Assembly (NCBI GenBank): GCA_035562735.1
Contig: DATMWB010000014.1
Location: 1-54,210 of the forward strand
Direction: 5' to 3'
Length of the DNA stretch: 54,210 nt
DNA from: Candidatus Methanoperedens sp.
Lineage (GTDB): Bacteria > Patescibacteriota > Microgenomatia > UBA12405
Shown: in pieces, positions 9,037-15,554 of the stretch
How positions within the stretch are numbered: the first letter of the stretch is position 1
Layout of the letters: each line of letters begins with the position of its first letter
The notes under the pieces: generated by a model
What the model was told of the DNA's origin: nothing
The model's database searches: none
Seen by the model: the letters and a program-made list of their open reading frames with translations, nothing else
Translations under genes and position numbers: made by a program

Positions 9037-12000
9037 ATGAAAAGTATTAAAAGAAATTGGTTTTTTGTGGTTTTGGTTTTATTTTTTGCTTTGATATTGG
9101 GAGAAAGAAAGGTTGTATTTGGAGTTGAAAGACCTCCAATACTTCAAGAGGAGAAAACTAGTATTGATAACAAAGCTTATGTTGCAGGAGAGGTGGTCGT
9201 TAAATTTAAAAAAGATAAAATAAATCTAAATTCAACTTTTTCTTTGACAAGTCAGGTAAGGAAATTGATATTTGATTTAACAAATGGTTATGAAACTGGA
9301 GACACAATAAAAAGTGGTAACATTGTTGTCCTAAAGATTGGTGAAGGTCAGCAGGTTGATGAGGTCATTAACACTTTAATGTCCGATCCAAATGTGGAAT
9401 ATGCTGAGCCGAATTATTATCAACAACTTACTACTTTGAGTTTAAATGATACATATAAGGATAATCTTTGGGGTTTGGATAACTTTGGACAGAGTATAAC
9501 TTTGGGAAGTGGATTAACGGCTATTGGGACTAGCGGTGCGGATATTGATGTTCGACGAGCTTGGGCTTTGACAACGGGGAGTACGGAAGTAGTAGTGGCG
9601 GTGATTGATTCTGGGGTGGCATATAATCATCCAGATTTGAGTGGGGTAATGTGGGATGGAACAAGTTGTAAAGATGAAGACGGAAATGCTTTAGGCGGAT
9701 GTTTACATGGTTATGATTATCGATACGATAGTGAAGACAATGATCCATTGCCAACTGATAGTTCTCACGGAACACATGTTGCGGGAACTATCGCTGCTGA
9801 GAGAAACAACAGTAAAGGTATTGCAGGAGTGGCCCCAAATGTGAAAATAATGGCTCTTAAATTTGATTTAAGCTCAACTGCGGCAGCAAAGGCAATTGAT
9901 TTTGCAACCCAAAATGGAGTAAAGATCATTAACGCAAGCTGGGGGGGTAATTCTCCCTCATCAACAATTTATGACGCTATAGTCAGGTTTGAAACGGCTG
10001 GAGGTATTTTTGTGGCTGCAGCAGGAAATGAAGGAGAAGATAATGAATCGGTTCATCATTATCCATCTGATTATACTTTGAGTAACATTGTGGCAGTGGC
10101 GGCAACAGATCAAAATGATTTATTGGCTGATTTTTCAAATTTTGGTAGTACCTCAGTTGATGTGGCGGCACCGGGTGTAGATATATATAGTACGATTGAT
10201 GAGGCGGCGTTAATCGATTACGACTTTAATTCTATTGGTGGTGGATCTCTTCCTTCAACTTGGACTTCTGATCTTGGTGCTAGTTGGGGAGCATATAATT
10301 TAGGTGGTACTGGTACAGTGAATATGGCAATTTATGGAGATTTAAATTATCCCTATGTTGAAGGGGTTGATTCTTATGTGACATCAGATACTGTAAATTT
10401 GTCAACAGTATCAAATGCAAAGTTTAGTTTTTCCGCGGCGTGTGATACAGAAAATACAGATCCTTTGCTTGGGGGTGATTTTATGGCTCTTGAAGTTAGT
10501 GGTAATGGAACAACCTTTACTGAGATAGCAAGATGGAATGAATATTCTCTAACTGCATTAGGGGCTGTGCCTGGGTATTATTATACTTATGAAGTTGGTA
10601 TAAGTGCTTCAGATTTGACTAGTAATTTTAAATATAGATTGAGATGGACGACGGATACAGATGGAAGTTATGGAGGAGGAGATGGCTGTAAGGTTGATAA
10701 CTTTGAAATTATTACTTATACGGATGGTTCAGATGAGTTGTATGACTTTTATCAGGGAACTTCGATGGCGGCTCCTCATGTAGCTGGTTTGGCTGGATAT
10801 TTATGGTCAATAGCTCCGTCAGCTTCAATGAGCGATATTATTAGCAATATATTAGGTAATGGAGATACTTTAGCGTCACTGGCTGGTAAGACGTCGACAG
10901 GTAGAAGAATTAATGCTTATAACTCTGTAGTAAGTTTGGGGGTTACTGCTCCAGCCGGTCCATCGGTGACAGGTTTGAGTAATGATGCAGTGGCTGCCAA
11001 GAGTAAAACATTTACTTGGAGCTCAGCAACCCCATCCACTGACGGCTATCGTTTTTCTATTGATCAGTCAGTATCTGGCGTGCCTACTGGAAGTTATAGT
11101 GTGGGTCTAACTGGGACTACATATTCAAGTGGTGACGGAACTTTTTATATTCATGTTCAGGCACAAGACGCTGATTTAGCTGAAGGGGCGGTATCAACAG
11201 CCTCATTTATTTTGGATAATACGGGTCCTGAGGCAAGCGTAACTAGTAGTGCTACAAATTTGTTTATCTTATCCTTTGGTGAGACATTGTATAGCGATGT
11301 TGGTGCAACCTTTGCCATTGGAACTGATGTGGCTAGTAGATTTGCCGTAAGTTCAGAAATTGGAATTTCTGAAGCTCTTGTGGCTGGTAGTGAGAGTATA
11401 AGTATAGGTGTAACTGGAACACCACTGGCTGGGACGAATGTAAATTTACTTTCAGGAACAGCAACAAATAATTTTTATGATTATTTAACAAATGCAGGTG
11501 GAACTTTGGCTGTATTTTATGATGGTGATGCATGGCAGGCAAATCCAACCGCTTTAAATGTGGCGACAAGTCATTTTCCAGATTTAATTACCACAGGCCA
11601 ACTGACTTTGGGAGGAAGTGCTCCTGAGACGGCTACGTCAATTACAGCAGCAAATAATTTAACATTAAATATTGGGGGTACTGGGGCAAACAGTAGTGTT
11701 GGCTTGACACTGGGGACTATTATTACTGAACTAAATGATGCGGTATTTAACGCAAATCTAATATCTGGAACGCAAGTTGATGTGTCAACAATATCCGGTC
11801 TTGAGGTGGGTTACACAGCGGCTGGAGCGATTCAGTGGGGTATTACTGGAACAACACTGAAATTTAGTCAACCAATAATTGTAAGTATTTATCTTGGATC
11901 GGCCTATGATTCACAAACTTTATATGTTTATCGTTCCGAATCTTTGTCAGTAGGTTGGACTAGTACTGGGTTATCGTCACCAACCTGTGTAGTTAGTAGT

Positions 12001-12534
12001 GGTTATTGCTCTTTTGCAGCGACTCAAGCGTCTTATTTCTTGGCGGCATCGTCAGCAACGCCGACCCCAACTCCAAGTCCAACTTCTGCACCAACATCTG
12101 CACCGAGTAATGATAGTGGAAGTAACAATCAATCATCTGGGCCACCGGAAGCACCAAGATGCAACGACAGAATTCCAATATTTGCACCTGATTTGTTTAG
12201 AATTACTACTTCAAAAGGTAGTGCTAAGATTATTTTTACTCCGGTTAATGAACAAATTACGGGATATGCCGTCATGTATGGTCATAAGAAAGGTGATGAA
12301 AGGTATGCGGCTATATTTAGTCCCATAAATAACAATGAAGGGGAGCAGAGTTTTACTGTTAATAAGTTAAACCCAAAGATTACGTATTATTTTAAAGTTA
12401 CAGCATTCAACGGTTGTGTGTCTGGACCTTGGTCAGATTGGATTCCAGCAAAACCAGACAGGAAAAGAGAGATACATAAATACAAAACAGTAATAAAAAA
12501 TAAGGTTAAGACTTTAGTTAATAGATTTCTTTAA
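9037..12534 (+). CDS. Secreted S8 (subtilisin-like) serine peptidase with an inserted domain and a long C-terminal extension
   Basis: Signal peptide. Catalytic motifs VAVIDSGV (Asp), HGTHVAGTIAA (His), AAAGNEG (oxyanion Asn) and GTSMAAPHVAG (Ser). An insert of about 180 aa sits between APGVDIYS and GTSMAAPH. A PT-rich linker (ATPTPTPSPTSAPTSAPS) precedes an FN3-like end. Confidence 0.9.
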   Translation: MKSIKRNWFFVVLVLFFALILGERKVVFGVERPPILQEEKTSIDNKAYVAGEVVVKFKKDKINLNSTFSLTSQVRKLIFDLTNGYETGDTIKSGNIVVLKIGEGQQVDEVINTLMSDPNVEYAEPNYYQQLTTLSLNDTYKDNLWGLDNFGQSITLGSGLTAIGTSGADIDVRRAWALTTGSTEVVVAVIDSGVAYNHPDLSGVMWDGTSCKDEDGNALGGCLHGYDYRYDSEDNDPLPTDSSHGTHVAGTIAAERNNSKGIAGVAPNVKIMALKFDLSSTAAAKAIDFATQNGVKIINASWGGNSPSSTIYDAIVRFETAGGIFVAAAGNEGEDNESVHHYPSDYTLSNIVAVAATDQNDLLADFSNFGSTSVDVAAPGVDIYSTIDEAALIDYDFNSIGGGSLPSTWTSDLGASWGAYNLGGTGTVNMAIYGDLNYPYVEGVDSYVTSDTVNLSTVSNAKFSFSAACDTENTDPLLGGDFMALEVSGNGTTFTEIARWNEYSLTALGAVPGYYYTYEVGISASDLTSNFKYRLRWTTDTDGSYGGGDGCKVDNFEIITYTDGSDELYDFYQGTSMAAPHVAGLAGYLWSIAPSASMSDIISNILGNGDTLASLAGKTSTGRRINAYNSVVSLGVTAPAGPSVTGLSNDAVAAKSKTFTWSSATPSTDGYRFSIDQSVSGVPTGSYSVGLTGTTYSSGDGTFYIHVQAQDADLAEGAVSTASFILDNTGPEASVTSSATNLFILSFGETLYSDVGATFAIGTDVASRFAVSSEIGISEALVAGSESISIGVTGTPLAGTNVNLLSGTATNNFYDYLTNAGGTLAVFYDGDAWQANPTALNVATSHFPDLITTGQLTLGGSAPETATSITAANNLTLNIGGTGANSSVGLTLGTIITELNDAVFNANLISGTQVDVSTISGLEVGYTAAGAIQWGITGTTLKFSQPIIVSIYLGSAYDSQTLYVYRSESLSVGWTSTGLSSPTCVVSSGYCSFAATQASYFLAASSATPTPTPSPTSAPTSAPSNDSGSNNQSSGPPEAPRCNDRIPIFAPDLFRITTSKGSAKIIFTPVNEQITGYAVMYGHKKGDERYAAIFSPINNNEGEQSFTVNKLNPKITYYFKVTAFNGCVSGPWSDWIPAKPDRKREIHKYKTVIKNKVKTLVNRFL

Positions 12535-12858
12535 GGCTGGCAGGTTTTTGTTGAGGCACTGTTGAAATTGGGTGTTAGGTGTAAAGGCACATTTGCCGTT
12601 CTTCTGTCTTTCACAGACGGCATATTTATAACATTCGTATTCATCTCTCCATTCACAGGTACTAATTCCACTTTCTCCTGCTTGTTCATCGACGCACAAT
12701 TGACCGCTACATCCACCTTTTATGCAACCATTGTTATTTTGAGCATTATTTGGTGAAGTTGGTTTTTTGAGGGTAAAGATGATTAAAGTGGAAATAATTA
12801 TTAAAAAAACGGTAACAAGAGTAATTAGAAAAAGATTTTGCCTTTTTTGTTTATTCAT
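12514..12858 (-). CDS. Small membrane-anchored or secreted protein with eight cysteines
   Basis: N-terminal TM/signal helix, then CIKGGCSGQLC...STCEWRDEYECYKYAVCERQKNGKCAF...QQC (8 Cys). From memory it resembles the domain annotated as eight-cysteine-cluster. Confidence 0.5.
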   Translation of the reverse strand: MNKQKRQNLFLITLVTVFLIIISTLIIFTLKKPTSPNNAQNNNGCIKGGCSGQLCVDEQAGESGISTCEWRDEYECYKYAVCERQKNGKCAFTPNTQFQQCLNKNLPALKKSIN

Positions 12859-12884
12859 AAGTTAGTTTAGCTTAAAAAAGCGGT

Positions 12885-13076
12885 TTATTTAAATATAAAC
12901 AACTTTTCGATAGTTGTATTCAAAATATTTGCGACATCATGGGCTAATTTAAGCGATGGCATATATTTATTTTGTTCAAGGTAAAGGATTGTTTCACGGC
13001 GGACGTTGACCATTTTTGCTAATTGAGCTTGGGTAAGATTGTTGATAATGCGATAGGCTTTTATTTTATTTTTCAT
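12885..13076 (-). CDS. XRE-family helix-turn-helix transcriptional regulator (63 aa)
   Basis: [39 protein letters not shown] is a typical Cro/C1 HTH of the short YozG-like type. Confidence 0.85.
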   Translation of the reverse strand: MKNKIKAYRIINNLTQAQLAKMVNVRRETILYLEQNKYMPSLKLAHDVANILNTTIEKLFIFK

Positions 13077-13078
13077 GG

Positions 13079-13121
13079 GTTAGAATTTTCTAACAATATA
13101 ATGTTAAAAGTTTCTAACATT
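13079..13121. promoter_or_regulatory. Two inverted repeats sharing TTTCTAACA, candidate XRE operator
   Basis: GTTAGAAttTTCTAAC at 13079-13094 and AATGTTAaaagtttcTAACATT at 13100-13121, immediately upstream of the XRE start codon on the minus strand. Confidence 0.35.
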
Positions 13122-13130
13122 GGTGTCAAG

Positions 13131-13171
13131 AAGATAAAAAAACAAAAAGCCCTCTGATAAAACAGAGGGCT
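13131..13171 (-). terminator. Rho-independent terminator downstream of the RRM gene
   Basis: 9-bp stem agccctctg/cagagggct (13148-13156 with 13163-13171), loop ataaaa. On the minus strand it is followed by tttttgttttttt. Confidence 0.7.
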
Positions 13172-13193
13172 TATGATTAGTCAATATTATTGA

Positions 13194-13487
13194 TTAATAG
13201 CGATTTCTGGAATAATTGTCACGTCGAGGTGGACGATCTTCCATTGGTTTAGCTTCGTTGACCTTAACGGTTCGACCGTCGAGTTCTTTGCCATCCCACA
13301 TATTGATAGCTGCTTGAGCTTCTTCTTCGGTGGACATTTCAACAAAACCGAATCCTTTGGATTGACCAGAGAATTTATCTTTGATAATTACTGCGGAGAT
13401 AACGCTTCCCGCTTGGGCGAAAGATGCACCCAAAGTGTCTTCAGTGGTTTGAAAAGACAAGCCACCGACATAGAGTTTCTTATTCAT
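13194..13487 (-). CDS. RRM-domain RNA-binding protein
   Basis: RNP-2 KLYVGGL and RNP-1 KGFGFVEM motifs, with a basic R-rich tail. Confidence 0.9.
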   Translation of the reverse strand: MNKKLYVGGLSFQTTEDTLGASFAQAGSVISAVIIKDKFSGQSKGFGFVEMSTEEEAQAAINMWDGKELDGRTVKVNEAKPMEDRPPRRDNYSRNRY

Positions 13488-13610
13488 TTTTTACTAACAA
13501 AATACTAAGAGGACAGTGCAGTATAAGGTAAAAGGGGGGAAATAGATAGCAATAGTATTGTTTTGGTATTTTTTTTTATATCAAATAGGTGCTTATTACT
13601 ACTAAATAGG

Positions 13611-13639
13611 TTGACTTTTATCCTATATATTAGTAATAT
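13611..13639 (+). promoter_or_regulatory. Sigma70-like promoter TTGACT-17 nt-TAATAT
   Basis: TTGACT at 13611-13616, a 17-nt spacer, TAATAT at 13634-13639. It sits about 200 nt upstream of the 13844 ORF. Confidence 0.5.
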
Positions 13640-13645
13640 ATGTTG

Positions 13646-13843
13646 TTTTCCACACAGGAGATTCAAAGCGAATCTGCATTTGTTGTGTGAAAGTCGATAG
13701 GGCGCGGCTCTATCGATCACTCTTTAAAAATCGGTTTTTCAAATCAAAGAAAGGAGGTGATAACAGGAAAATTGTGGTAATTAACCTAACCTCGTAAATC
13801 TAAAGGTTAGGGCCATTCATCGGATAGTAAGGGAGAAAAAAAC
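13646..13843 (+). promoter_or_regulatory. Long structured 5' leader of unknown class
   Basis: Nested hairpin cacaca/tgtgtg (13651-13656 with 13684-13689) encloses agattc/gaatct (13659-13664 with 13670-13675). Further hairpins are tcgatag/ctatcga (13694-13700 with 13710-13716) and cctaacct/aggttagg (13785-13792 with 13804-13811). An orphan perfect SD, AAGGAGGTGA (13751-13760), has no start codon at proper spacing. Confidence 0.35.
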
Positions 13844-15388
13844 ATGAAGACCAAGATTAGGTTTTCAAAGGTAATGAGTTTGTTTTTGCTGTTAGGCTTG
13901 ATGTTGAGCGCGTTGAACGTGGGAACTGTGTCAGCGCACCACTCAACAATTACCGGAAAGGTTGTCTGTCAAGCTGATGGAAATCAGAGAATTGATTGGA
14001 CAATCAAAAATTCTGAATCTGGGAAGATCGAGACTGTCACAGCACTGAGCCGATCAATCGGTCTGTCTGTACCATTCGACATTCCAAAGAGTGGAAAAGC
14101 GACTGGGTCGGAAGTATTCTCTGGTTCGGCAACTAGTGTCATCACACTGAGTGTGACTGCTACTTGGCCTGGATATGGACCGGTGACAAATACTGGCTCT
14201 GTAACCTTGCCTGGTGGATGTCAGCCACCTCAACCCCAGAAGGTATATGTGTGCAAGTACGTAGGCACACCTGGGGTAAATGAAAGGTTGCAGGATGGAA
14301 ACAATCCGATTGAAGTTTCGATAAACTCCATTCCGGATTATCAGGGTGTTGGCTCATATTTTGGTGATGCTCATTCGAGATCCTATGTTTTGGCAACCGT
14401 CCCCCAAAATCCTGAACCGACAAGAGCTGACTGTCCACAACCGCCTGTCTATGGCTGCATGGATGAAACGGCGCTGAACTATAACCCATTGGCAACAGTG
14501 GATGACGGTTCATGTCAATATCCTCCGCCTCCAGTACCTGGCTGCATGGATGAAACGGCGCTGAACTATAACCCATTGGCAACAGTGGATGACGGTTCAT
14601 GTCAATATCCTCCTGAGGAAGTCCTTGGTTGTACTGATCCCGAAGCAACTAATTTCAATCCCTTGGCGACAAAGGATGATGGGTCGTGTCAGTACACTCC
14701 TGAACCTCCGGAGCCGCCGGTCGTCGTTAGGGTCAAACCAGTATGCACTGAACTAGGTTGTTTTGGACCCAATATTGATGACACACCGTCTGACGGGGAA
14801 TGTGTGGCAACTGTTATCACAGCTGATGACGTTTGTCATTTTGACCCCAAATCATGGTCCTGTGTCTCAGGTCATCCACAAGTGGTGCTGTATTGCCTAA
14901 ATGCAGATAGTGCCGTCCGAATGGGTGGGGTTTATTTTGAGACATCTCCGGTGACCAATGCTGATCAACCAGGTTGGTCGATTCTTTACACACCCTTGGG
15001 TGCATATCGAGACTATTGGTTCTGGCTGAAAGCAGGTCTGAATCCAGAAATGGATGATGTTGAGTTCTGGACAAATTGGCAGGATAAGATTTTCCTGACC
15101 AAGTCAGCACCCCAATATCACGGCGCTGCCTGTTCATTACCGGTTTTATTTACGGTTGACGGTGGTTACATCGAACTTCTTCCTGGACAGAACTCCTGGG
15201 AGGCAATAAAGTTCGTGGTCGAACGACAGTGGGGTCTTTCAGAAGACGCAGATAGCGTCTTGTATCATCGGGCATGGGGTTACGTGGATCAGTACTTCAA
15301 GGACAATCCCTTGACTGATCCAGTACGCTTATGGAAACACAACAAGGTTTTGGCTCCGGCCAGACCTGATTGGGTTCCAGAGCCCTAA
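13844..15388 (+). CDS. Secreted protein of unknown function with three CxDxxAxNYNPxAxxDDGSCQY modules, in a GC-rich island
   Basis: Signal peptide ending VSA|HH and SD-like aagggag 8 nt before the ATG. The motif GC(M/T)D..A.N(Y/F)NPLAT.DDGSCQY is repeated three times. GC content is visibly higher than in all neighbouring genes. Confidence 0.7.
   Translation: MKTKIRFSKVMSLFLLLGLMLSALNVGTVSAHHSTITGKVVCQADGNQRIDWTIKNSESGKIETVTALSRSIGLSVPFDIPKSGKATGSEVFSGSATSVITLSVTATWPGYGPVTNTGSVTLPGGCQPPQPQKVYVCKYVGTPGVNERLQDGNNPIEVSINSIPDYQGVGSYFGDAHSRSYVLATVPQNPEPTRADCPQPPVYGCMDETALNYNPLATVDDGSCQYPPPPVPGCMDETALNYNPLATVDDGSCQYPPEEVLGCTDPEATNFNPLATKDDGSCQYTPEPPEPPVVVRVKPVCTELGCFGPNIDDTPSDGECVATVITADDVCHFDPKSWSCVSGHPQVVLYCLNADSAVRMGGVYFETSPVTNADQPGWSILYTPLGAYRDYWFWLKAGLNPEMDDVEFWTNWQDKIFLTKSAPQYHGAACSLPVLFTVDGGYIELLPGQNSWEAIKFVVERQWGLSEDADSVLYHRAWGYVDQYFKDNPLTDPVRLWKHNKVLAPARPDWVPEP
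14453..14700 (+). repeat. 3 x 87-bp in-frame tandem repeat (29-aa modules)
   Basis: 14453-14526 and 14540-14613 are identical 74-nt cores. A diverged third copy begins at 14627. The period is 87 bp. Confidence 0.9.
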
Positions 15389-15421
15389 GCCCACAAAACT
15401 TTTATGATTTGAAACAACCGG

Positions 15422-15484
15422 CCCGGGGAGGAGCAATAAAAAGCCTCCCCGGGATCCCCGGGAAAATTTTGGTTTTTCCGGGGA
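15422..15484 (+). terminator. Two consecutive GC-rich hairpins after the island ORF (possible terminator or 3'-end protection)
   Basis: 10-bp stem cccggggagg/cctccccggg (15422-15431 with 15444-15453). 7-bp stem tccccgg/ccgggga (15455-15461 with 15478-15484), whose loop contains ttttggttttt. There is no classical trailing U-tract. Confidence 0.4.
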
Positions 15485-15486
15485 AT

Positions 15487-15544
15487 TAGCGTATTCCGCC
15501 AAGCGGGACTGATGAGTATCTCCTAAGAGGGGAACGAAACGCTA
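15487..15544 (+). ncRNA. Type III hammerhead self-cleaving ribozyme motif
   Basis: The sequence reads UAGCGU-A|UUCCGC-CAA-GCGGGA-CUGAUGA-GUAUCUCC-UAAGA-GGGGAAC-GAAA-CGCUA. The invariant CUGAUGA (15509-15515) and GAAA (15536-15539) are present. The A15.1:U16.1 pair and the GUA cleavage triplet are present. Stems I, II and III are all closed by complementary sequence. Confidence 0.75.
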
Positions 15545-15554
15545 CAATAATACG

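Noticed and set aside
13505-13720. 71-aa minus-strand ORF in the RRM/GC-island intergenic region
   Set aside because: It spans a predicted promoter and leader hairpins, has no RBS, and its sequence is low-complexity. The region is better explained as regulatory or leader RNA.
13646-13843. Assigning the structured leader to a known riboswitch class (preQ1 because of nearby queA, or c-di-GMP)
   Set aside because: I could not find the conserved core sequences of those classes by eye. It is kept only as an unclassified structured leader.
14160-15137. Long antisense ORFs (162 aa and 106 aa) opposite the GC-rich secreted-protein gene
   Set aside because: High GC content reduces stop-codon frequency on the opposite strand. 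The sense ORF has a signal peptide, an RBS and in-frame repeats, whereas the antisense translations look like mirror images of the repeats.
13611-15545. Prophage or integrative element explanation for the GC-rich island
   Set aside because: I found no integrase, recombinase, tRNA target or flanking direct repeats by eye, so only compositional evidence for foreign origin is reported.
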